Source: Squalus acanthias
Taxonomy: Eukaryota
Assembly: GCA_030390025.1 (NCBI GenBank)
Contig: CM059432.1
Span: 129,706,001-129,770,000 of the forward strand
Length of the DNA: 64,000 bases
Reading direction: 5' to 3'
A program made the translations under genes and the position numbers. Positions 25,300-37,914 of this stretch are shown one piece after another. Position 1 is the first letter of the stretch, and every line of letters starts with the position of its first letter. Under the pieces are notes generated by a model that saw nothing but the letters and a program-made list of their open reading frames with translations, made no database searches and was not told the origin of the DNA.

Positions 25300-25530
25300 T
25301 CATCTTACGTTGCCCGCTTCCTTGAAGTGTGCCACCTTCTTCTGCGTCTGTCCCCAGCTTCTGCAGGTGCTGTGGACAGCATTGGGTCTGAGTGGTGCAC
25401 TGCGGTCCTCTGGGAAGGGTGCCCTGAACTGCCAAACAGACCACACCGCCTTTCGCACAACCATCAAACAATGGCTTGATGCTGTCCCTCTGCATCGCTT
25501 GCCCACAGAACTTTTTTTGTAAAGGCATAC
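25300..25530 (-). pseudogene. Probable Harbinger Myb/SANT-like exon remnant
   Basis: Frameshifted ..RRCGLFG.. and NAVHSTCRSWGQTQKK(W)H followed by a GTAAG donor. Same layout as exon 1 at 40.46-40.69 kb. Confidence 0.45.
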
Positions 25531-26713
25531 CTTAAAATGCACACGCTCCTTAAAAGGGCTGGCCAGATTTTGCACATTCCCCATTCGGCTTGTTCCCTGC
25601 ACAAGACCAAAGTTGTGCGGCCAGCTATGAGTAAATACTCAAATGAGCTGGCCCTGCAAAAACTGCAAGCAGTCTTCTCAGTGTGCTGTTAGCTAGTGTT
25701 GTGTCTGTAGCTCGGCAGAAAAGCCTACATTTAACCTGTAGTGGAAAACCAACCCTGAAATATGCGCAAGTACAGAATACAGCCAGATGGAAAATCGTGG
25801 GAAGAAGGAATTAAGCACAAAGCATGTCGAAGGCATGTTCGCCCAATTTCTGAATCCCCATTGCACCCATTCTGTGCCTGTGCAACCAGCACAGCTACTC
25901 TGCTACATCTTCGGAACCCTTTAAAGGCCATTGGGCATAGAAATTCGACCTTGTTGCACCCGGTTTGCGGGCATAAAACGGGCGCAACGAGGATTATTTT
26001 CGCCACAAGGATGCATTAAAGATGTCCGACCTGATCTAAGGTAAGCAGCCTGACAGTCACCTACCTAAAATGGGGGCGCTGCCTGTGGAGGCACTGGCAG
26101 CTTAACCAAGTAATGTAAGTCATGCCCAAGGTCCAACTGCAGCACTGATGGCACACCACTGGTAATGTGCCCCAAAATAGACCATAACCAGCTTCTATCT
26201 GCCAAGTTTTTAAATGCACGTTCCCAGCACAGAGCGCACATTCAGAAAGTCAATCGTTTATTAGATAAATGCTCTTTTGCAGGTAGCACAAATTAAAGCA
26301 CAGCATCTGCAGTAATGGAAAGCACATGAATTTTGAGTCTATTGCAGGCTTTGTTTTACAATCACCTCCCGAACATTTAGCATTGAGAAGATGTCACAAA
26401 AGCTGTAAATATCAAAGGAGTCCAAATCTACTGTGGCGAATCATGGCAAAATTACCCGTCTCTTTGAACTGCTGAAAAGAGCACTTCAATCTTTAAAGAT
26501 AACAAGCTATTACAAATAACACTACCATGTGGATAAATTTTTAAAACCTCATGTATATTAAAACTGTGCTCCATGCAAGATAAAATCGATCAGGTTGACA
26601 GTGAGACAACATAGATTGGACAGCAAACTGATTTCTGGGCCAATTAAAAACATTGATCATCGTAATCAAAGTTATGTTTCTTATAGAATGGGCATTTCAG
26701 AGACAGACAGATT

Positions 26714-28723
26714 GGCCGGAATTTTCTCAAGGGAGGTGGGTGGGGGGCGGGCAGGAACCCAGGAGGCCAGGTTTCCCGCAGTCCCTGCCGACTTTAACGG
26801 CAGGGTCTGATTTGAATGTGAGGCCTAGAATTCCCGCCCGCAGCCAGCCAGCTGCGGGCGGATAGGCCTCAGAAGCAAAGGGCTGGTCCAGGGGAGGGAT
26901 CGCAGGAGGGGAGTCGGCAATTGGCTGGGGATCGGGGTGGGGGTGGGTGGTGGACAGGAGGATCGGCAGGGGTCGAAGATTGGGGGGGCAGAAAGGAGCG
27001 GCAGGGGTCAGGGATTTGCGGGGGGGAGAGAATCGTCAGGGGTCGGGATAGGGAGGGGAGAGGATCGGCTGGTCTCGAGGATCGGTGGGTGGGGGAGCGG
27101 AGGATCGGGAGGGGTCGGGATCGGGAGGGGAGAGGATCGACAGGGATCAGGGATCGGTGGGGGGGAGGGTGGACCAGCAGGGGTCGGGGATCGGTGGGGG
27201 GGAGGGTGGACCAGCAGGGGTTGGGGATCGGTGGGGGGGAGGGAGGATTGGCAGGGGTCGGGGATCGGTGGGGGGGAGGGGGGACCAGCAGGGGTCGGGG
27301 ATCGGTGGGGGGGAGGGTGGACCAGCAGGGGTCGGGGATCGGTGGGGGGGAGGGAGGATCGGCAGGGGTTGGGGATCGGTGGGGGGGAGGGGGGACCAGC
27401 AGGGGTCGGGGATCGGTGGGGGGGAGGGTGGACCAGCAGGGGTCGGGGATCGGTGGGGGGGAGGGTGGACCAGCAGGGGTCGGGGATCGGTGGGGGGGAG
27501 GGAGGATTGGCAGGGGTCAGGGATTGGTCGGGGGAGGGAGGATTGGCAGGGGTCAGGGATCGGTCGGGGGAGGGAGGATTGGCAGGGGTCAGGGATCGGT
27601 CGGGGGAGGAAGGATTGGCAGGGGTCAGGGATCGGTCGGGGGAGGGAGGATTGGCAGGGGTCGGGGATCGGTCGGGGGAGGGAGGATTGGCAGGGGTCAG
27701 GGATCGGTCGGGGGAGGGAGGATTGGCAGGGGTCAGGGATCGGTCGGGGGAGGGAGGATTGGCAGGGGTCAGGGATCGGTCGGGGGAGGGAGGATTGGCA
27801 GGGGGAGGGGATCGGTGGGGGGGAGGGAGGATTGGCAGGGGTCGGGGATCGGTCGGGGGAGGGAGGATTGGCAGGGGTCAGGGATCGGTGGGGGGGAGGG
27901 TGGACCAGCAGGGGTCGGGGATCGGTGGGGGGGAGGGAGGATCGGCAGGGGTCGGGGATCGGTGGGGGGAGGGAGGATTGGCAGGGGTCGGGGATCGGTG
28001 GGGGGGAGGGAGGATCGGCAGGGGGAGGGGATCGGTGGGGGGGAGGGTGGATCAGCAGGGGATCGGGTGGTGGGGGGGGGGTCGGTCGGGCATATGTGGG
28101 GGGGAGGGGGGGATCGGCAGGGGTCAGGGATCGGTGGGGGGGAGGGAGGATCAGCAGGGGTCGGGGATCGGTGGGGGGGAGGGAGGATCGGCAGGGGTCG
28201 GGGATCGTGGGGGGGAGGGGGGATCAGTGGGGGATCGGGCGTTGGGGGTGGGTCGGTCGGGGATATGTGGGGGGGGCGCGGGTGGAGAGGATCAGGGTCG
28301 GCCTCATCATCATCGTTGGGGAGGGGGAGGCCTGGGGGGGAAGGCCTGGGGGTGGTGATCGGAGGCTTTGTGGTGGGTTAGGCAGGGACCTTGGATCCAG
28401 GAGGCAGGCATAAAGCCACTTACCTCCTGGATGCAGCAGTCGGCGCCTCTGTTTAACTGCCGGGTTTCACGAATTGTGTGAAACCCGTCCACAGGTAGTT
28501 AACCACAAAATGAGCAGGGAAAAAGAGTCATCCAGCCTCATTACAATATTTAAATTGATGTAACGCCCCCTGGGAGCGGGTTGGTCACCCACCCCCGCCC
28601 CGCCTCCGGCAAAACCGGAAGTGGTCCGGCTGGAGGCGGGATCAGGTCGGAAATCCCATTTTTAACACATTAACTGCCCCCACACTCCAAACCCACCCGT
28701 TATTTTAGGGGAAAATTCCGGCC
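26714..28723. mobile_element. Harbinger-type MITE enclosing a G-rich minisatellite
   Basis: TIRs GGCCGGAATTTTC / GAAAATTCCGGCC, TSD ATT/ATT. Confidence 0.85.
26900..28370 (+). repeat. G-rich minisatellite, 36-37-bp unit, G-quadruplex-prone
   Basis: Units GGGGATCGGTGGGGGGGAGGGTGGACCAGCAGGGGTC and GGGATCGGTCGGGGGAGGGAGGATTGGCAGGGGTCA, each with four runs of at least 3 G. Confidence 0.95.
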
Positions 28724-29515
28724 ATTATTTCAATGAGATTGAAGAGAAAATGTGCTTTTTGCTGGTTTTTTTTTGAAACAGCCAGTGTACAGTGAAGTGG
28801 ACTGAGATTATTGGTGCAATTCAAAGATTCAGGCAACACCAAGAGCAATGGCAGATAGTTATATAACTTTCACCGCATGTTTTGATTCTTGGAGCACTTT
28901 ACCAAATATCATGGATTTGGTGCCATAACTGTGAAGGTTTTATAAGGAATTGAACCTGATTCTAATCCTAATAACATTGGTTGAATTGGAAAGGTTAAAG
29001 GATCATGCTCTCCACAACTATTTCTCATGGGGCTAGATTGCAGCATATACTACTTTATAAATTTATAAATAAAGTTAAAAGCTGTGCCCTTTCAGTCTTA
29101 ATGCTCATACTCAGTACTCTATATTGTTCCCTATAATCAGCTGCTGCAGGTTATAGTCATAGATGTGGGCGAATTCTCAACAAGTATTACTGTGTTTAAA
29201 CTACACATGCTGCAGGCTGGAGCCCCTCCATGTTTTACACGGACATGAATCTGGTGACTTATGTTAAGGTACGAGTCCACGGGCAGCAACTGCCCACTGA
29301 TACCTCAGTCAAGTGGCCATTCTTCATGTGCAAGTCGATGCTGTGAGTTGATATGACAGCCACCTTCAGAGCCTCAAATCAGCAACACATTAGCATGAAC
29401 TCACTTAGCATTTACCTGAACTTGCTGTCCCCCCATCAGCTCTGACTGAATCACCTCAGGTTGTATTGTTGCTCCCTTTCCCTGGCTAAAACCGTTTACT
29501 ACTTAAGAACATCAT

Positions 29516-30191
29516 GGGGGTTGCTTTGGGCCTCCCGTTAGCGGCGGCGGCGGTAGCCAGTAGCGCCCCACGGCGCTGCGCCTCCGGCGATGACATCATC
29601 GCCGTGCGCAGCGCCCCACTCGCACCTCGGCCGCAAACTTCGGTCGCGCCCCCTGACCTACTGCCAGACGATATTTCCGACAGGATCGGGGGGCGATTTT
29701 GCAGCCGCGGCGGCGCAAATTAAAGGGCAGGTGTTGGGCAGCCATTTTTTTTCTTGGCCGCCTGCCAGCACCTGCCCCATTCCGCTTTTTTATTCGGGGT
29801 GCCGGCTGCGATCGCTCATCCCGGCACTCCTCTTGAGTGCTGGGCTGTTTTCCCGGCACCCCGCTCCCCGGTGGTCCAGCAGGGCCCCGGTGCGTACAGC
29901 GCTAGGCCCCTCCCCTTTAATCAGCGGAGGGAGGCCTGCAATACCGCGGCGCTACGTGCCGATGCACGTGGCGCTGTTGCATGTAGCACCACGATATTCA
30001 ATGGTAGCGCCGCGATATTCAATGGTAGCGCCCCAGGAAGGAGGGGGAGCATTTCCAGTAGTGCCCCGCCTCCTGCTTTGGGCGCTACCACTGAATTTAT
30101 AGCGCTAGGGTGCTAACTTTTTCAGGGGCGCTAAAAGTAGTGCCCTGGTGAAGTTAGCACCCCAAAGGGGGCGCCACCGAATGTTTCCCCC
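29516..30191 (+). mobile_element. GC-rich Harbinger-type MITE (family M2)
   Basis: GGGGG...CCCCC ends, TSD CAT/CAT, many TAGCGC/GCGCTA motifs. Inverted relative at 47802-48540. Confidence 0.8.
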
Positions 30192-30289
30192 CATGACTTT
30201 AAGAAATGGCTCCTAACTCCTTTCCTCCACAACAAACTGTCTCCTCAGATCACTCACCAACTCATCGCCTATCCTCACCTCAGATTCAA

Positions 30290-31792
30290 TATGCAGGGAA
30301 TTCTAGGACGTTTGCGTCCGAAATTGAGGCCAACTGCATAGTGGCCATTGCCTCCTCTGATACTCCTACAACCCGCTCCCCACTCCCAAACTCCGGCTCC
30401 CCCATCAGCCCGCCACCTAATCATGCTCTATCCCTTCCTGTACTCCAGAGTTTCTCCTCCTCAGCTCATTCATCTCATCTATAAAGCTCAACACCTGCTC
30501 CCTCCATTGCCTTCCAGTCTAGTTCTTGACCACTTCGTCACTCCCATGTTTGCTGACATCATCAACCTGCCTGTCTTGTCCACCTCTCTCGCCACCTCCT
30601 TCTAAGCCATCATTATCACTTTGTCCCTCAAGAAACTCACCCTAAACCCCTCAACTCCAACCACCACCCGACCTCAAACCTTCCCTTTCTCTCCAAAAAT
30701 CTGCAAAATGTTGTTGCTTTGGAACTACACTCCCACCTCTCTCGCCACACTTCACCTGAGTCACTCCATCTTGATTTCTGCCAATACCACATTGGTCAAA
30801 GATACAAAACACAGAACAATGCCCATGGCTCACTATGTTTCCTCATTCTCCTTGACCCCTCTGCTGCCTTTAGCACCTTTGGTCACTTCAATGTCTTCCA
30901 ATGTCTCTCCCCTGGGTCCAGCAATAGCTGCCTCTTCTTCACTATCGACACGCTATAAATTAGCAACAAAATCAGAAGAATGGGTTCAGCTTTCACATGT
31001 ATGCCAATGACACCCACCTCAGTCTTACTACCACCTCCATTGACCCAAAGGTTGTTGCCACACTCTCAAATTGCTTGTCTGATATCACGACTTGGATGAA
31101 CAAATATGTCCTTGAGGTAAATGCCAGAAAAACCAAGGTCATTCTCCATAGCTCCCATCAGACCTCTCACCTCAACTCCATCAACCTCCTTATCTGTCCT
31201 CTCCAGCTGAGGCACAGAACCTTGATATCCTGCTCAGCCCTGCTCTTCCTCTCTAGATCTGTTCCATTGCAAAACCAATTTTCTTCACCTCCACAACATT
31301 GCCTGTTTCCCCCTTTTCTTCCCTTCCACTGCAGAAACCCTAATCTAGAGTGTTTTAACACCATTGAGCTTCAGGTGTCCCAACCTGTCAATTGCAAAAT
31401 TCTTCTTCTTCTTTTCAAATCTTACTATGGCCTGGCCCACTCTACCTTAGTGTTCCCTTTTTGTCTTCTGTCCCTGCACACACCCTCTGCTCCTCTAATT
31501 AAAGTCTTCACATCACCCCTCACTCCTTCTGATCCAGCATTGGAGAGCACTCGTCCAACCATTACCATCCTGCCTTTGGTGCTCACCAGCCCTTTCACTA
31601 TGCCTTGCCACTCTCTCTCTGCTTTCAGAAAGCTCCTCAAAACCCTCCTCTTTGTCTGTGCCTTCTGTTCGCCATTCTAGCCACTCCTTTTTTTCTCTTT
31701 TCCCCATGCTTCGTCTCCACCGTATCCAGTTCTTCCTTATTATGAACCACTCTGAGATCTATTCTTGCTATACAAATGCAAGTTGTTGTTGT
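30290..31792 (+). mobile_element. Degraded L2 LINE (RT and 3' end)
   Basis: LILLDPSAAF, MYANDT (YADD-like), LSDITTWM..L.VNARKT, and the tail GCTATACAAATGCAAG(TTG)n. Confidence 0.8.
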
Positions 31793-33603
31793 ATTCAACT
31801 CCATTACATTTAAAACCATTGAATGGGAATAAGTTATGCAGCTCGACCACCTGTGAGTTAACTGATCAAAAGTCATTCATACTTATCATGCCACTGGCCA
31901 AGGTATCCATATAAGGGTCCACTATTTCCTAAGATGCGTTCCCTGTGAGTGTCACTCCCTAATGCAAGCACCAGATCACGGAACCATCCCTTACATCTAT
32001 GATGTATTAAAATACTACATGCGCTTCCTGTTGTCACACTTTCTTACTTCCTGTATCACAATTTTGTCACGCCTTGTGACAATTAGTAACAGCTCCTTGC
32101 CTTACCTTTAATGGGTAATGCGCCAATGCTTGTTTTTATTACTTTTGCACAGCGGTGAAGCTTTTTTTGCATAATTAATTTCATATTAATTTAATCTTAA
32201 TTAATTGATTCCATTTATTTGGCGGTAATCATGACCTGCTCCCTACTAATTTTATCCTACCAGCGCCTTTTCCTCCACTCAGACTCCAGCCTTGCATCTC
32301 TGCCACTGCTTGACTCCCCGTTTCTCCTCTATCTCTCCTTCGCTCGCTGTTTAATCTCTCATTTTCCGTCATCCATAACATGAATGACTCCCTGTCATTT
32401 TTCATGCAACTTTTCTTTGCCCCTCTGCTCCAGCTCTGGTCTATCCTTCATACTGCTGTGTGATGCCTGCAATTCCTGCTTCTCTGTTCTTCCTGCTCCC
32501 CATTTAATTGTTTTCTTTTGGATGCTCACTACCCTGGCCCCTCCACATTTCATCTCTCTCCCTTTAGCCCATATAATCAGCTTTCAGCTGCTCCCGGCTT
32601 ACTCCGTTCCGACCATTTATGTCGCACTTTAATCTCACTTCTTTTCTTTCAGCTATTTAACAGATTGCCAGCAGACCTCAACGGAACAGATACGTCAACG
32701 GGACGTAAACACAGCCTGCAAAGAAACAAATCAGGGGACACAGGGTATACAGAGATATATTACAGAACAAAAACATAGATAAGCATCAGCAAGACAGCCC
32801 AGCATACAAACATCAGTTGATGAAAATATATCAACAGTTTACACGTCACTAAGTTCAAAAATAAAGTACGCATAGAGAGAGAGAGAAAGACAGAAGACAT
32901 TTTTTTTTCAAAAACTAGAGTCAGTAAAAAAACCAGACACAGAAAAACATCAACGGTGAGAAATATTACTCAACACATAGACATCATCCACAATGTCATC
33001 ACAAGAACATAAATGCAGAAACCTAAAGGGATGACTTTCAACTGCCAGCTGGCCATTACTCGCCTGATAATCTAGTGGGGAACTTGCGCACCCATTTGTC
33101 CACTTGAATCAACTTTCAGACATGTCTTTAAATAGATGGCCAGCACTCCCACTCAAAACAGGCGGGAGGCTGTTTAAATATGCCAATCATGGTCCTATGC
33201 TTGTTGTAGAATCCAGATTTCAACTTTCAAGGGAAAATGGGTGAAGCGTGTGCAACACACGCCAGTCCCACTTTCTCCAGGCATAGTAGTTTCGCCTCTA
33301 GTGGGACAACTCGAACAGGGTCAGTGGCAGAGGTCACCAGCGGGCACGATCCTGGCATAAGGGCAAGTGTAGTTAAATGATTTGTGGGAATGGATAGCTC
33401 TGGAGCAGCTGGGGCATTGGCGATGTCATGTGAAGGAAAGCAGCTGATCAAGGATGTGTCATGCAGGATTTAAGATTGGACAGATATTCTGAGATTTGCT
33501 TAATTTACTTTTGGGGAAGGGAACAGGGTGTAACTTCAAGCTATCATAACAGGAATATAAGAAAGCATGGAATTAAAAAAAGGACACACAGCCCATCAAA
33601 CAA

Positions 33604-33725
33604 GTTTCCTACATCACAACAGTGACTACACTTAAAAAGTACTCCATTGGCTGTAAAGCCCTTTGGGATGTCCTGAGGTCATGAAAGTTTCCATATAAAT
33701 TTCTTTCTTTCCTTCTTTCTTTCTG
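33604..33725 (+). mobile_element. Deu-SINE 3' tail fragment
   Basis: TTTCCTACATCACAACAGTGACTACACTT..TTGGCTGTAAAGCCCTTTGGGATGTCCTGAGG plus (TTTC)n. Confidence 0.75.
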
Positions 33726-33764
33726 TTCATGCCATAGATCATGTAGATGTTTTCTTCATGAGGC

Positions 33765-34340
33765 AAGTGTCTCACCTCCTAACTCCCAAAGTCTTTCCAC
33801 CATCTACAAGGCACAAGTCAGAAGTGTGATGGAATATTCTCCACTTGCCTGGATGAGTGCAGCTCCAACAACACTCAAGAAGCTCGAAACCATCCAGGAC
33901 AAAGCAGCCCGCTTGATTGGCACCCCATCCACCACCTTAAACATTCACTCCCTCCACCAATGGTGCACCGTGGCTGCAGTGTGTACCATCTACAAGATTC
34001 ACTGCAGCAACTCGCCAAGGCTTCTTCGACAGCACCTTCCAAACCCACGACCTCTACCACTTAGAAGGACAAGGGCAGCAGGCGCATGGGAACTCCATCA
34101 CCTCCAAGTTCCCCTCCAAGTCACACGCCATCCTGACTTGGAAATATATTGCCGTTCCTTCATCATCGCTGGGTTAAAATCCTGGAACCCCCTCCCTAAC
34201 AGCACTGTGGGAGTACCTTCACCACACGGACTGCAGCGGTTCAAGAAGGCGGATCACCACCACCTTCTCAAGGGAAATTCGGGATGGGCAATAAATGCTG
34301 GCCTTGCCAGCTGGCCCTCCCATGAACGAATAAAAAAAAA
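33765..34340 (+). mobile_element. LINE family A 3' fragment
   Basis: Matches 620-1200. Confidence 0.92.
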
Positions 34341-35899
34341 TTATATGGCTGGAGTAGAGTTCATGATGTGGCCTATCATACATGATCTATGGCCTGAACT
34401 TGCTTTATGGGCTATGCGTCCATTTTATCAATCCATGCTTTCTATACTCCTGTTACGAGTTAAAATGTTAGGCTTGTCTTGTGCCAGTGTGACAAGAAGA
34501 TAGAACGTAATTGAAAAATAATACTCGGCCTTAGCACAATTTAAAATACCTTGTACAAATTCGGAATAGATATTATTACAGCAATAAAATGCCTAAATAA
34601 GTTTGGCTAATTTAATCTTGTAGTGGAAATAGTTTTGTAGACTGTAGGCAGGCAGTTGATGAATGTAGGATCATTTGCCATGACTCATTCTGACTGATCA
34701 ACCTGTAATCAACTTACATCTATTTACAACCCCTTGGGCAACTTCCAGAGTAGATGATTGTTTAGCATTTTACTCTAAACTAATTCTGTGAGATGACCTA
34801 ATTTGCATTTATTATCTGCCTGTTACTGTTTTAATGCAATTTACTGTTACTTTAAAAAATTGTTTTGCACTGTGTGTGACCAACTATGGTCTGCAGTGCG
34901 CATCTACCATCATAAAAAGTAATAAACTTAGATATTGAAATCAGTGTCACAGAAATGTGTATTTATTTAAATATTTAGGGATCGCACATAAAAATATTTT
35001 ATATTACTATTTTAACCATTTAAAAACAATCATTCCTTCCATCTGCCCTTGACCTTTCTAACTAATGCTCTACTTTTTAAAATAATGTTATGCTGTATTT
35101 TATTTGGCTTTCCTTTGTAAGCTTGTATTATTAATTCATTTCTTATTCTCTTTCATCCCACTTCATCTGTCCTGCAGTGTTTTAATTCCCCTACCACCAC
35201 CACTCTTTCTCTGTCTCTCTTATTTCAATGGCTTGGCAATTTAAGGTGGGCTCTTCACACCACCTCGGATGCAGTTTCATCAAGGCTAAATAATTCCCTG
35301 GTAGCGTCAAATACCTCATTTATACTCCATTCCAGTATTCAGCCCAGCATGGTATCTCCAGTGGAAGGCCGACATTGAATGCAGATTCTCTCCATTTACA
35401 TTGGCCTCACTCGACAGGGAGCTATTGCTCCCTAGAGCACAAATTTGGAAGGCACAGCAGATTTTTAAAAACCCCACAATGCCCGCTGGACCAACATGAA
35501 ACCAAAGGGATGCGCACGTGTCGTCGAACAGCAACATGCAAGAACATGCTATCGTATATAGGTGTTTGAGAGTTGCAACCGAGCAGAAACTTAAATCTGC
35601 AGTTTAAGCAGTTCCTGAAACTAGAATCATGTCATAATGGATTCTGCCTCCACTGTACCAGAATTGATATCAAGCCAATTAAAGGACTCACTTTGCAGTC
35701 TCTTTCTTCTAACCAGCCTGCCTATCTTTAATTCCCCAATACAATCCTGCTTTATTACAGCAGTATTGCTGGGGGTATTCATTATACAGATTTTCAATAT
35801 GAAATGGTGTTCTCTGCCTTTTAAAGATGAATCAAAAAAAATGATTGTAAGTAATTTATATTAGATTTGGTCTTTGGCAATCAAACATAGAGGGAACCT

Positions 35900-36863
35900 T
35901 GTTCCAAAGTATAATATGTTTATTATACTTAAACAATAAACTACAATACAAGAAATAAAGATGTTAAAGGTTATACTTATTAAACAGTTAATCAGTGAAT
36001 ATGGCATTGATATACAACCTGACTGACATCACAAGGTTCCGCGGTGATCAGGTTCGGATTGTCTTGCCTTCATTTGAGCATGGCCAGTTCCACTCCAAGA
36101 ACGTTCTAATAATCTAGGCTTTACGTCGTCCTTATGTATATAATAAAGACACCCTTATTCCCAAGGTCCTTGTGGCCCCTAGAGGCCTCCCATCAATCAT
36201 GTTCTCTGTCTCTAGCCTAACAGCCATCTGTTCTATTACCTCATCCTAGATAACACACAGCACCTGACTCTCCAGACCTCCCTTAAAACAATCCTATAAA
36301 CATAAGATAAGGATGGATGGGTATCTCCTTACATGGAATGCTCCAAGGACAGGGTTGACTAGACGAGGTTTCAATCTTTAGCTGCCTAATTGTTAATGAT
36401 ACAATGTTTATATAGAAAGCCTTATTCTAAAATAGAAGCTTTACTCTAAAATGAAAGCCTGCCAAAGTACTTCTCTTACAGTCATACCTTGCTCATACAC
36501 ATCGCACCTGATGTAAGTTGCTAAAAACAAAAGGGTTGGTATTGTTTCAAGAGGAAGTTAATACGTTTTAACCGTCTTAGAACAAGGTATGTTGTTTATC
36601 TAATCCAGGTTATCAAAGTTCAATTCACCAGAAGCTGGGGATGACCTTCTGTCGATGGTGGCAGTGCTGGTGGTTTAAAAAGTCACTGCCTTGTGAGAAC
36701 TTTCTCTGTTGGTAGTCCTGTTTTCCAGCAAGTCTCGAGTACTGCAGCTGATTCATCCAAGAACCACATAGAGGTCATATAGGACAGGAGGTTGGAAATT
36801 GCTGCAAGGACCAAATATATAGGATTACTCTCTAATCTAAAAGCTTTGCCTTACTTCCTAACA
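35900..36863 (-). mobile_element. Probable solo LTR (~960 bp)
   Basis: TGTT...AACA ends; flanks ACCT/ATCT (one mismatch). TTTATT near the left end (polyA signal on the minus strand) and a TATA-like region at ~36135. Confidence 0.55.
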
Positions 36864-37619
36864 ATCTACTCACACTGGACATAGCAAGGCAGTCGAACAT
36901 CAGATAGCATTCAATCCAGATTATGATCACTTGCCAATTTAGGGGCTTGTGACTGTATTGGGTTGGTGTAGGGCTACACGTGTTGGGTGGTGATGTTTAT
37001 TGTGAGTGCTGTAGGATATTCAGAGCGGAATGATTTATTGCATTGAAAATAGATAAACTCCCCCAAGGAAAATCTGCCCCACTGTACTTGTTACTGTTAT
37101 TTCTGACATACATCATTTAATGTCCAATCTGTTATGGCTCATTCTGCAAGCTATGCAGTCCAGAAGGTTGCAATTTTAGAATTGCTGTATTCGCAATTAT
37201 GAACAAAACAGTAACAATGCTGTCATCGAAGGCATTGTATAGGTGTTTCAGAAAGTTTCTCTGTTAATGGAAGCTATTAATACATAGAATGATATTTTCC
37301 TACCTTTGCTATAGCACGAACGTGGTAAGCATCAGTCAAAATGTATTTCTTTTCGAAGGGCTGAAGTAAATGATGCTGCTATTAGAGAGCTGGTGTTGTC
37401 GCCAAGTATGGGGACTTGCTTACTTGGGAAAGGGCCAATAAGTCACCTCAATGCCGCACCTCTAATTTGTCCTCCAAAATTGGGGCAAAGTTACTGTCAG
37501 GACTTGCTGTCAATAACAAGAGATCTCAGCTTTTTTGGAGGCAGTAGGCCAGAAAAGAATAATAAAGTAGATTCCTGACCCTATTGATCAAAATAATTAA
37601 ATATAGCAATTGATCTTCT

Positions 37620-37885
37620 GTGCCAGGTGGACGTAAAAGATCCCATGGCACTATTTTGAAGAAGAGTAGGAGAGTTATCCCCGGTGTCCTGGCCAATATT
37701 TATTCCACAATCAACATCACTAAAAACACATTATCACGTTGCTATTTGTAGGAGCTTGCTGTGTGCAAATTGGCTGCGGGTTTCCTACATTACAACAGTG
37801 ACTACATTTCAAAAAGTATCTCATTGATTGTAAAGCGGTTTAAGACCTCCTGAGGTTGTGGAAGATGCAAGTCTTTCTTTTCCTT
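37620..37885 (+). mobile_element. Deu-domain SINE, 5'-truncated
   Basis: CAGGTGGACGTAAAAGATCCCATGGCACTATT... through GCAAGTCTTTCTTT. Confidence 0.85.
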
Positions 37886-37914
37886 TATAAAAATGATCAT
37901 GGGGAGGACTCAAT

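Noticed and set aside
25530..25653. Minus-strand exon candidate (ASSFEYLLIAGRTTLVLCREQAEWGMCKIWPALLRSVCIL) with AG/GT borders
   Set aside because: Peptide not recognised, and it abuts a probable Harbinger Myb remnant, so it is likely transposon upstream sequence.
27150..28050. CRISPR-like periodicity (36-37 bp)
   Set aside because: Units are head-to-tail with no unique spacers, there are no cas genes, and the context is vertebrate.
26921..28413. Three overlapping 440-490 aa Gly-rich ORFs
   Set aside because: Artefact of a G-rich repeat lacking stop codons in all plus frames; the region lies inside a MITE.
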